Source: Octopus sinensis
Taxonomy: Eukaryota
DNA: 64,000 nt
Direction of reading: 5' to 3'
NCBI RefSeq assembly: GCF_006345805.1
Contig: NC_043003.1
Span: 4,030,001 to 4,094,000 of the forward strand
The position numbers were made by a program, and so were the translations under genes. This document shows, piece by piece, positions 13,551-25,056 of the stretch (positions within the stretch are counted from its first letter, which is position 1; every line of letters starts with the position of its first letter). Below the pieces are notes generated by a model, which had not been told where the DNA came from, searched no databases, and saw only the letters and a program-made list of their open reading frames with translations.

Positions 13551-14123
13551 GGGTGGAGGGAGACCCCGGAAGACATGGGATGAGGTGGGGAAGCATGACC
13601 TTCTAATGTTGGGCCTCACAGAGGCAATGACAAAAGACTGAGACCCCTGGGGGTATGCTGTGACTGAGAAGACCTGGCAAATAAAGTGAGTTCACAGTTG
13701 TGACCTACACCAGCGTCACACAACCAGCCCACTCAAAAGTACCTTGAATCGTAGGGCGACATGCCGTGCTTGAGACCTATTGAGTCAAGCACATTGAATC
13801 CAAAATCAAATGAAAATTGTAGTTGTGATCCCTGTACCTGTGGCACCATCTGAATGTGGCTGATGCCAGCTCCACCTTGACTGGCTTCTGTGCCAGTGGC
13901 ACGTAAAAAGCATCATCCAATCGTGGTTGATGCCAGCCCTCTCTGGCCCCTGTGCTGGTGCACGTAAAAATACAACCACTACACTCTCAGAGTGGTTGGT
14001 GTTTGGAAGGGTCTCCAGTTGTAGAAACACTGCCAGATCAGTCTGAAGCCTGGTGCAGCCTCCTGGCTTCCCAAACCCCAGTTGAACTGTCCAACCCATG
14101 CCAGCATGGAAAATGGACGTTAG
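13551..14123 (+). mobile_element. RTE/BovB-like LINE 3' end (ORF2 C-terminus plus 3' UTR)
   Basis: From 13561 it reads RPRKTWDEVGKHDLLMLGLTEAMTKD*DPWGYAVTEK. The 3' UTR ends in the same CCATGCCAGCATGGAAAATGGACGTT tail as many short copies. Confidence 0.8.
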
Positions 14124-14269
14124 CAAAAACTGTCCGACGAACGGCAATGTGAAACTCAGAGTAACAGGTTTTGTTGAATTTTCTGTTGCTTTAAATAAAG
14201 CATATTACTCTACCACTGGTATTTGAGTACTCTTTTTTCCACCTTGTTTCACATTTATGTGTTTACTCC

Positions 14270-14316
<47 letters not shown>

Positions 14317-14940
14317 GAAATATGTTACAAAAAGAAATATAAAATACACGTCGAAATGTAAGGGGAAAATATGAAAAATCAATGAAAATGCACATAGTAA
14401 ATAAAAAAAGGCTTTTTATGACAGGTAATGACAAATATATACATTTAGATCGACTGAGGTAGTCATAAAAGTCATAATTATGAGATGATTATAAAATCAG
14501 AAAACAAAGCATACCATGGTTTCCGCAAAGCTATTCATATATATATATATATATATATGAAAACTAAAACTTATTCTTTTTATTAATTTCTACCTAAAAC
14601 AATGATGTAATGTGGGTGTGTGTGTGTGATCAACCTTGTTCTGTGCTGTGTGGGGCTTTGGTATCTCAAAGAATAAATCCACCGTTTCCTCTGCATGTCG
14701 TAAGAAGCAACTAAATGAAGTTGAGGGAGAGTTGCACTCTAACTACATAAACCCATCACCAAATCAGGCCCCTGGGTTGGCAGGTTGTTGCCGGAGTGGT
14801 GCAAAGGTGTCATCTGATTGAACCCCAAACCTTATGGTTGGGAAGCAAAATTCTTGACCACACACACGCGGATCTGTTTCATTTTGATATGCTTCATTAA
14901 GAAAGAAACTTGTTGATGTTTAGCCACAGGTCAGCTCTCA

Positions 14941-15190
14941 TTGGTGGTGGTGGTGGTGGTGGTGGTGGTGGTGGTGGTGGTGGTGGAAGTGGTGGTGGTG
15001 TGGTGGTGGAAGTAGTTGTGGGGGTGGTGGGGTGGTGGTGGTGGTGGTGTGGTGGAAGTGGGGTGTGGTGGGGGGGGGTGGAAGTAGTTGTGGTGGTGGT
15101 GGGGTGGTGGTGGTGGAAGTAGTTGTGGAGGTGGTGTGGGTGGGTGGTGGAAGTTTGTGGTGGTGGTGGTGGTGGTGGTGATGGTGGTGG
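14941..15190. repeat. (GGT)n G-rich low-complexity tract
   Basis: Direct reading of the sequence. Confidence 0.9.
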
Positions 15191-15477
15191 TCTGTTACCA
15201 TCTTAACTTGTTATCCTAAATGACATCTGTTGACTTTCACAGAGAAACATCTTCAAATTTACAGGTGGGGGGGGTAATGGGGTGACTCCATCTTCCACAG
15301 ATTATCACCTCCTCTTATGCCTCCTCCTCCTCCCTTATGCTAATTCACACATGCATACACACAAATATAAAAATGCATACACACATACACACACACACAT
15401 CTATACATTCACATGTATAAAAATACACATACATATATGCTTATATATATAAAAACATCCATTAGCACACACACACA

Positions 15478-15510
<33 letters not shown>

Positions 15511-15985
15511 CAGTATAAACATGCAGACACACACACACATGTTTTTCCAAATTTTGTTCAGTGTTTTATCTACTCTTCCCCCTGCCCCCACCACCATCAC
15601 CACACACACACACACACCTCAGACAAAACGGTGACAGTGTGTGCGGTGGGTGGGGGGAGGGGGGAGCCGTTCCTGATAACGGGTGGGTGTGGGGGGGTTG
15701 GGGCTGCAAGTTCGAACATGATGTTACATTTCTGTGTTACATTGACTGAGTAACAGAGGGGCAGTGACACGTTTTATAGCCCTGACAACGCCGCTGCCCT
15801 CCTTTGTGTGTTACAAATACTTGTGTGGTCTGGCCATGCTGGAGCACCAGGACAGTTTTCTACTGTTTTTACCTACATTCTGTTTATTTTGTCAGTGGCT
15901 ATGAACACGCACACACACATGTATATCTAATGATAACGATGGCAATGATATATATATATATATATACATATATATCATCATGATA

Positions 15986-16417
15986 GGTGCAGGGGTGGCT
16001 GTGTGTTAAGAAGCTTGCTTCCCAACCACATGATTCTGGGTTCAGTCCTACTGCGTGGTGCTTTGAGCAAGTGTTTTCAGCTATAGCCTCAGGCCAACCA
16101 AACCCTTGTGAGTGGATTTGGTAGACGGAAACTGAAAGAAGCCCATTGTATGTATATATATATATATATATATAGATATAGATATATATATGCTTATGTA
16201 TGTGTCTTTGTGTCTGTTTGTTCCCTTCCACCCCATTATCGCTTGACAACTGATGTAGTGTGTTTACGTCCCTGTAACTTAGCAGTTTGGCAAAAGAGAC
16301 TGATAGAATGAGTAATAGGCTTACAAAGAATAAGTCTTGAGGTCGATTTGTTTAACTAAAAAGATGGTGCTCCAGTATGGCCACAGTCAAATGGCTGAAA
16401 TAAGTAAAAGAATAAAA
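15986..16417 (+). mobile_element. Full-length SINE family B (GGCTGTGTGGTAAGAAGCTTGCTTCCC head, internal (TA)n, ..AAATGACTGAAATAAGTAAAAG tail)
   Basis: Matches copies at 22321-22716 (+), 41561-41974 (+) and 54198-54572 (+), and partial copies at 21778-21940 (-), 28062-28200 (+) and 44876-45030 (+). Confidence 0.85.
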
Positions 16418-16456
16418 CGTTCATTACATGTCTGTTTTCTGGTATAGATTAGACCT

Positions 16457-16725
16457 CAGGGGTTCTCAACCCTTTTTTTTTTTTTACCTATGTACGGCTT
16501 TGGTTCCCATTTTATTCTAATGGACCCTCATAGCCATTTGGTGCTTAGAATATAATCCCATTATTTTCTTATAATTAAACGTTATTAGGAATTATATTAA
16601 AAGTCTGTTGAAATATTTTGTGCTTTGCAGAAGTAGAAACAATTTATTGCAAATTAATTTTAACAACAAAATCCTACGTGGACCTGCAAGGGCCACATAT
16701 GGACAACCTCGGTTGAGGAATGCGG
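16457..16725. mobile_element. hAT/Charlie-like MITE
   Basis: Ends CAGGGGTTCTCAACC / GGTTGAGGAATGCGG form an imperfect TIR; no TSD is visible. Confidence 0.55.
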
Positions 16726-18331
16726 GATGAGACAGTTCAACAGGGACTGGTTCCCCAGACGGCTGCACCAAGCTCCAGTATCTGCTTTGGCATGATTCCT
16801 GCATTTGGATGCCCTTCTTTGTGTCGACCACTCTACAGAGCATTTTGGGAGCCTTTTACATGGCACCAGCAGCAGTGAAATCACCGAGTAACTTGGAAAA
16901 CCCCTCACCCAAGCGGGAGGAGTAGTACTTAGGGAGGTGGCTTTATGCAAGGTAAAGCATGAGTCAGGCAGAATTTGTTGATTCTTTTGTCTACAGCTGG
17001 GTGCCATTCCTGTCACCAACCCTCACCTGTTTCCAAACGAGCTAATGTTTTCTCATTTGTAGACATATCTTTCACAGTAGACTGAAAACAAACGACCTCA
17101 CTTGTATGACAAGGATATTTCATCATCATCATCATCATCGTTTAATGTCTGCTTTCCATGCTGGCATGGGTTGGACAGTTTGACTGAGGTCAGGAGAGCT
17201 GGATGCCCTTCCTAATGCCAACTGCTCTGAGAGTATAGTGGGTGCTTTTTACATGCTAGCAACACAGGAGCCAGTTGGGTGGGCCTGGCATCGATCACGT
17301 TCGGATAGTGCTTTTTATGTGCCACTGGCACGGGAGCCAGTCAGTGGGTACTGGCATTGGCCATCTTCGGATGGTGCTTTTTTCAGGTCACCGGCACAGG
17401 AACCAGTCAGGCAGTCTTGATTGTCATCATCATCATCATCATCATTATTGAGTGAGAGAGCAGTGCATGCCATCAAAGTGACACTGGGATACAAATATAT
17501 GAAGCCCAGTATACCCATCATGACTACCCGTCTGATAAGGGTACACCAGGCACATGCATCATAACCATATGTGCGCAACATGGTGACCTCGTATCAAAAT
17601 AAACAGCACATGACCTTACAGGTGGGGCCCAGTTAGAATTTTCTTCAGCCTGAGTAGCCCATCCTGCTCAAAAAGGACCCTGAATAAGGGTTGTTTAAGA
17701 ATGATGAGCAAAACAACACCCCCTTTGTCATTTTGTTGCTGTCCCTCTGGGATTGCTGGCAACCAAGCAACATCCCACAACCTTAGGTGTCTGGCATTTT
17801 TCTTGGAAGTTCTTGCTGTACCAAACAAATGGACTTCCTGAAGAATCAGGAAAGCCATCTCAGTATATAAGATCCTTAACCAACCTTTTAAGTGTCTTGC
17901 AACTCTTGCTTAAAGTTTCTATAAAAATTGGGATTATGGTAATTTAATAGCAGTTCTAGTTTTTTCTGAAGTTTGCAATTTTGGTTCAGCTGGTTTTCTG
18001 TTTTCTTAAGTTCTTTGTCTACCATTCTTGTATCAAAGAGACATAAGAAAATTATGGAACACCAACATCATTGCCATCATCATTGTCATTGTTATCATTA
18101 AGACATTTGTACATTATACAATATTGTGATGTTGGTGACTGAAAATATTGTATACATTGCATCAAGCAAAATGCTCAGCAGCAGAAGCTCTTCCGACTTT
18201 GTTCTGTGTTCAAATGCTGCTGGGGTTGGTTTTGATCATTAAAATCAATGCAATTTGAACATTGGGTCAATTTAATTGATTTAAACCCCTCATCTTCCAA
18301 TTTATAGCCTTCTTTTGCCATAATTTCAAAC

Positions 18332-18372
<41 letters not shown>

Positions 18373-18518
18373 GTAGTAGTAGTTGTAGTATAATCAATAG
18401 CATCTACTTTCAGTTCTGTTTCTATTTCTTGCCGAGTGTCTTCTTGACACCTAGGGCAGAGGAATGTACTGTATACATTTGGTAGGCCATTAAAATAAGC
18501 ATACCAGAAGAAAAGTCA

Positions 18519-18740
18519 GGCAGTGAGCTGGCAGAAACGTTAGCAGGCCAGGTGAAATACTTACCTGTATTTTGTCCAGCTTTATGTTCTGAGTTCAAAT
18601 TCCTCTGAGCTCAACTATGCCTTTCATCCTTTCGGGGTCGATGAAAGAAGTACCAGTTATGTACTGGGGTTGATGTAATTGACTTGCCCCCTCCACCCAA
18701 AATTTCAGGCCTTGTGCCTATAGTAGAAAGGCCCATTATT
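18519..18740 (+). mobile_element. Family A SINE variant (tail ..AAATTTCAGGCCTTGTGCCTATAGTAGAAAG)
   Basis: Head and central block match 8927-9162. Confidence 0.8.
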
Positions 18741-19404
18741 ACTGTTGTGTGTGTGTGTGCATATCCATATATACAGACTTGTGTGTCTATCTCATTAATC
18801 TTGATTAATGTGTGTATCTATGCATTAATTATGCATAAACTGAGATATGTATGTAAGCATCATTATCTGTGTGTGTGTGTGTGTAATAATCAATATACTC
18901 CAGCCCCACCCCCATTCCCCAAACACTTTGTTTTGAGGTATCATTCCTTCACCCACCCACCGCCACCCGCCACCCTAAACCCCCTCCTTCTGACCCCTAA
19001 TCCCTGCCTTCCCATATTTAACGATAATTTTATTGGGGTGGTTCATAGTTTCAACCCAAAAGTTTTCCCTCCCCCCACGTGTTTGTCTCTTATCACAGCT
19101 GCCCTCCCCCCTGCTCTCCCCACTTGCTGTCCCCTCCACCTCCGACACTACCCCCTCTCCTCACTCCCCGTTGCTCTCCTTGCCACTCCACCCCCCTACT
19201 ATTGTCTTAAAATATTCTTCAACCTAATACATTGAAATGTCTCGTGTTATTGTCCTGTTTCTCCAGTCTCGTGTGTGTGTGTGTGTGTGGTGTGTGTGTG
19301 CTTGCCTGTGTGTGGGTGTGTATAGGTGTATTCATGTGTGTATGTGTATACACACACACAGATCATGTGCATATACACACATGCATATGCACACACCCAT
19401 AAGT

Positions 19405-19470
19405 GTGTGTGTGTATATATACATACACGTGTGTGTGCTTGTCTTTCTCTCCCCCTCTTTCTCTCCCCCC

Positions 19471-19518
<48 letters not shown>

Positions 19519-19592
19519 GGGGGGAGAGAAAGAGGGGGAGAGAGAGAGAGAAAGACAAGCACACACACGTGTATGTATATATACACACACAC
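19405..19592. repeat. About 190-bp palindrome centred on a (TA)n tract
   Basis: The left arm GTGT..ACATACACGTGTGTGTGCTTGTCTTTCTCTCCCCC.. is the reverse complement of the right arm. Confidence 0.9.
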
Positions 19593-20109
19593 CACACTTT
19601 GGTCCCTGTTCTTTGTGAGCATGCCTGGCATTTTGCCACCATCTCCACCCTGCGGCCTCCCACTCTCTCTCTCTCTCCTCCTGCTGCTCTTCCCTCAGGT
19701 TGGGTATCGTGTATTTTTTTTTTTGCAGTAAAACACCTGTTTCTGTCTTCATTCCTGATCTTTCTCTCTCCGGCCAGGTAACCTTGTACTTCTTCTTCAG
19801 CAAGACACCTGTATCTGTCTCACTATAACCTTTTCATCATCATCACCTCCTCCAATGCCTTCTCTCCTCTCAAAAGGTTTTTGTCTTGCAAGTTCCTTGG
19901 CGATCCCATCAGTGCAGGTGCCACTTAAAAAGTATCCAGTCCACACTGTAAAGTGGTTGGCATTAGGAAGGGCATCCAGCTGTAAAAACCAGGCTAAAAC
20001 AATCACAGAAGTTTGAAGCAGGCTTCGTTCTGGCCGGCTCTTGTGGTACTGTACCACCCATGCCAGCATGGAACATGGACGTTAAATGATGATGATATAT
20101 ATATCATGT

Positions 20110-20370
20110 GTATATATATAGGGAGTGTTTACAAAAAAAACAAAAGACGAAGACAGGTGGTGTACAAAACAAACAAATGTATTAGTATAACGGTCAGGAA
20201 TAGAAAAAGTCTTTTACGTTTTGAGCCTATGCTCGTCTACAGAAAGGGACACAGAAAAAAACAAGGAGAGAAAAAAATGTGTGTAGTGGCTAACGATCTA
20301 TCATGGCGACTGACTTGGACAGGAGGGTCACACACGAGAGGGAAAGTAGGGGAGATAACAAAGTAAAGAT
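20110..20370 (-). mobile_element. Short repeat carrying a degenerate hammerhead motif, same family as 28200-28360 (Penelope-like remnant)
   Basis: Shares the stretch GAGC..GCTC..AAAC.TAAAAGACTTT..TACTAATACA..TACACC..TTCGTCTTTTGTTTT with the 28.2 kb copy. Confidence 0.6.
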
Positions 20371-20998
20371 GACCCCCAACATGAAGGTGCGTGGGTGTAT
20401 AAGAGAGTATGTATGTGCGTGTGAAAGAGGGCTGGTGGTCTGGACGTGTGTATGTATGTATGTGTAGGGGTGAAAATATATATATATATATGCATATATA
20501 TATATATATATATGCATATACACACCCATATAATCTGTATGTATGTTAGTTTAGAAGAGTTAAAAGACAGGTCTATCAAGTCAGTTCATTGTTTACTGTT
20601 AGATATGTTGTTGGGGGAGGTGTAGGGATGGTGTTGGAGGTAGGGGTGGGGTGGTGCTGTGCTTTTAGGGGTTCCATCAGGGGCAAAGTTTTTAGTGTGA
20701 ATATGTTATTGGGTTTATGTAATATAATTAACATATGATTAACATATGATAACATATAATTAAGTGTAAGCATGTGTGCAGCTGACGTTTATCTTTTGTT
20801 TTCTTTTTTCCTTTCTTTATTTGGCCCTGTCTGGAGAAACCGTCAGTGCCCATGACCTGACCTGACCTGACCTGACCTGACGTGCCCAGGGTTACAGAGA
20901 CTGGTTACATTGATGCTGTATTTGATGTCCAGCACTTTTACTTTTTATTTTTTAAGCCTCGTACTTATTCTATCGGTTTCCTTTGCCGAACAACTAAG

Positions 20999-21213
20999 AT
21001 ACCTATTTCTTTATTACCCACAAGGGGCTAAACATAGAGGGGACAAACAAGGACAGACATAGGTATTAAGTCAATTACATCGACTCCAGTGCGTAACTGG
21101 TACTTAATTTATCGACCCCGAAAGGATGAAAGGCAAAGTCGACCTCGGCAGAATTTGAACTCAGAACGTAGCGACTGGAGAAATACTGCTAAGCATTTCG
21201 TCTGGCATGCTAA
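20999..21213 (-). mobile_element. Family A SINE
   Basis: Reverse complement of 8927-9162. Confidence 0.85.
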
Positions 21214-22320
21214 AAACATACTAATACCAATCTGTGGTGGGGGACAAACACACATACACACACACACACATCCTAATGCCAACCACTCCGAGAATGTAAT
21301 GGGTGATTTCACGTATCACTGGCAAGGGTGTCCTTTGTGTGACACCAGGGTGTCACCGGCATGGGTGCAAATAATATTTGATTATAAAAATGCAATAGGA
21401 CATTTTAAACATGGAATGGTGATGAGGGTCTGCTCAAGTGAAAGAGGACTCAAAGGTAAAATGTGGTTGACAACCACTAGTGTAGGGGGTAATCTGAAAT
21501 CTAAAAGGGAGATAACTCCAATTAAATGAGTCGATCAAAATATTGTAGGCTGCATCATCATCATCATCATCATCATCATCATTTAATGTCCACTTTCCAT
21601 GCTGGTACGAACTGGACAGATTAACAGAAGCTGACAGACCAGAAAACTGCGCCAAACTTCACTGTCGGCTTCAGCATGGTTTCAATAGCAGGATACCATC
21701 CCTAGTGCCAACCACTTTACATCATGGACTGGGGGGGGGGGGTTAAATGGCATCAACACACACACACACACATATTTGTATATGTATGACGAGCTTCTTT
21801 CAGTTTCCGCCTGCCAAATCCACTCACATGGCTTTGGTTGGCCTGAGGCTGTATTAGAAGACACATGTTTGAGATGCCATGCAGTGGGACTGAACCCTGA
21901 ACCATGTCGTTGGGAAGCAAGCTACTTACCACACAGCCATGTTTTTCTCGTGTCATATTAATGCCTATGTTAGTTTGTAATTCTCCAGCTAATCCACCTT
22001 TCGTTTTACCGGATTAATTCATTGATAGGACTGGATAAAGATTATTGTCTGCTGGAGTTTAATTCCGGATGGAAGTGGGGAACTGTTTGTCTGTGTATGT
22101 CTCTTTAAGTATAACTCCCTTTATTCCACATGCCCACCCCCACTGAGAGATTGGAAAAGATATTAAAGACACCGTTTAAGTATTTCCCCCCACTCTCCTG
22201 AAAAACTGTTGCTGTTGTTACTTCAGGTCAGTCCTTATCTAATTGACATTCCAGCTGTGACCATTCCATCAAATACTGTATCTAGGACTACATTACTTGA
22301 TGTATCTTTTGTGTGATTAG

Positions 22321-22716
22321 AGGCACAGGCATGGATGGTAAGAAGCTTGCTTCCTAACCACATGGTTGCAGGTTCAATCCCATTGCATGGCACCTTGAGC
22401 AGGTTTCTTCTACTATAGCCTCAAGCCAACCAAAGCCTTGTGAGTGGATTTGGTAGATGGAAACTGAAAGAAGCCTGTCGTATGTATATGTGTGTGTGTT
22501 TATGTATTTGTGTCTGTGTTTGTCCTCCCTCACCATCGTTTGACAACCGATATTGGTGTGTTTACATCCTTGTAACTTAGCAGTCCGGAAGAAGAGACTA
22601 ATAGAATAAGTACTAGGCTTACAGAGAATAAGTCCAGGAATCGATTTCTTCAACTAAAAGGCAGTGCTCCAGCATGGCCACAGTCAAATGACTGAAAAAA
22701 AATGAAAGAGTAAAAG
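22321..22716 (+). mobile_element. Family B SINE, full length
   Basis: Aligns with 15986-16417. Confidence 0.85.
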
Positions 22717-22942
22717 GGTAATACACAATATATCTTGAAAACCTTTTAAAAACAATTCTTCATCATCATCATCATCATCATTTAATGTCCATTGTCCATG
22801 CTGGTATGGGTTGGATGGTTTGACCGGGACTGGTCAGCTGAGGGGTTGCACCAGACTCCAATCTGATTTGGCATGGTTTTCTATCGCTGGATGCCCTTTC
22901 TAATGCCAACCACTCCGAGAACGTAATGGGTGCGTTCATGTA

Positions 22943-23176
22943 TCACTGGCACGGGTGCCATTTGCGTGACTCCAGGGTACTTTTGTGTGTCATCAGCATG
23001 GGTGCCATTTGTGAGACACCAGGGTGCTTTTATGCGTCACTGGCATGGGTGTTATTTGTGTGACACCAGGGTGCTTTTATGTTTCACCGGCATGGGTCCC
23101 ATTTGCATGAGACCAGGGTACTTTTATGTGTCACTGGTGCCATTTGCATGAGCCAGGGTGTCACTGGCATGGGTGC
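22943..23176. repeat. 47-bp minisatellite, 4 full units plus partial units
   Basis: Units start at 22943, 22990, 23037, 23084 and 23131; consensus TCACTGGCATGGGTGCCATTTGTGTGACACCAGGGTGCTTTTATGTG. Confidence 0.9.
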
Positions 23177-23928
23177 AAATAATATTTGATTATAAGGACA
23201 TTTTAAACATGGAATGGAGATGAGGGTCTGCTCAAGTGAAAGAGGACTCAAAAGCAAAAAGTGATTGACAACCACTAGTGTAGGGGATAATCTGAAATCT
23301 AAAAGGGAGATAACTCCAATTAAATGAGTTGATCAAAATATTGTAGGCTGCAGAATATCAATAGATGATGTATCATTTAAAAGCAACTGGTGAAAGGTAG
23401 TAGACATGTTCCAGTGTTATGAGACTTCATCAGTGATGTAAATTCTAGTTGTTCCCCTATATGTTCTCCCTTCGCTCTATCTGCAGAGACCTTTGAAAGG
23501 TAAACAACCTTTTTCATGTTTAACTTTGTACCAACAGATTGACATCATTGCGATAACAGCAGAGGTCGCTGATGTCGTTTGTCCTCCTATCTTCTCTGAT
23601 AGCAGCTCAGAAGGTCAAGTACCTCATCTTCTTTGCTGTTGTGTTACTGGCTTGGATGGAGCAGGGGGTGGGGCCGGCCTGGAATCGTTAATACCAATTG
23701 CTTCAGAACTTGGTGATGGTGGTGGTTGTGGTGGTAGTAGCTGTGGTGGTGGTAGTATATGTAGTGGTAATGATGGTGGTGGTGGTTTCAGTTTCAATCC
23801 CACTGTACAACACTTTAGGCAAAGATCTTCTACCAGGGCCTCAGGTTGACCGTTGGTCAGTGGTATTTGGGGGACACAGACTGTGTGATAGCTCTCTGTA
23901 TGTATGTGTGTGTATTTGTGTATGTGCA

Positions 23929-23959
<31 letters not shown>

Positions 23960-23984
23960 ATTACATATATATATATATATATAT

Positions 23985-24210
23985 GGCAGCGAGCTGGCAG
24001 AAATGTTAGCACGCCGGGTGAAATGCTTTCAGGTATTTCGTCTGTCGTTACGTTCTGAGTTCAAATTCCACCGAAGTCAACTTTGCCTTTCATCCTTTCG
24101 GGGTCAATAAATAAAGTACCAATTTCGCACTGGGGTCGGTGTAGTTGACTTAATCCCTTTGTCTGTCCTTGTTTGTCCCCTCTATGTTTAGCACCTTGTG
24201 GGCAGTAAAG
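23985..24210 (+). mobile_element. Family A SINE
   Basis: Aligns with 8927-9162. Confidence 0.85.
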
Positions 24211-24398
24211 TAATATATATATATATATATATTTTTTTTTTTTTTCATGTTTCTATGTCAGAACTATTCTTGTATAAGAATATTAAATTTGTACTCTACA
24301 AAAGTATATTATATATTTCTATGTATTGGCTTATGATTTCACTTTTGATTTGCCTAATAGTGGTTTTATCTCTAATTAATATAATATATAATATATAT

Positions 24399-24441
<43 letters not shown>

Positions 24442-24687
24442 GGTGTGAGGCCACTGGTTGGGGTTTCGTCACAAAAGTACAGGAGTTAGTTTGTCTACTA
24501 AAAACTCCTTCAAGTCAGTGACCCTGCATGGCCACAGTCCAATGATTGAAGCATGTAAAATGTAAAATATAAGCTGCCATACTTTGTCTGTTTCCTGCAT
24601 TCCACTTCACCATACCTACCGCCATACCTCATCTCCCTACTTCGTCCATCCATGTACTCACACACACACATACTTATATGATGATAG

Positions 24688-24776
24688 TTTAACTGTCTGA
24701 AACTTCGAAGTCATTGTCAGAATTATTCTTGTTTAAGAATATTAAATTTGTACTCTACAAAAGTACAGAGTAAACC
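24688..24776 (+). repeat. Unclassified dispersed repeat (also about 24259-24307 + and 48207-48292 -)
   Basis: Shared core TTCTTG..TAAGAATA.TAAATTTGTACTCTACAAAAGTA. Confidence 0.65.
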
Positions 24777-24882
24777 CATCAGATTAATAAATTGTTTTTA
24801 TTATAACTGAACATAAAAGCATTAAGATATATATATATGTATGTATGTACATATATACGTATGTATATACATATATGTATGT

Positions 24883-24982
24883 NNNNNNNNNNNNNNNNNN
24901 NNNNNNNNNNNNNNNNNNNNNNNNNNNNNNNNNNNNNNNNNNNNNNNNNNNNNNNNNNNNNNNNNNNNNNNNNNNNNNNNNN
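24883..24982. other. Assembly gap (100 N) within a (TA)/(TATG) tract
   Basis: Run of N; the true length is unknown. Confidence 0.99.
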
Positions 24983-25014
24983 ATATGCATATGTATGTAT
25001 ATATATTGCATATG

Positions 25015-25056
<42 letters not shown>

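Noticed and set aside
14910-15201. Poly-Gly and poly-His ORFs (also 32942-33268 and 31108-31330)
   Set aside because: Trinucleotide repeat artefacts.
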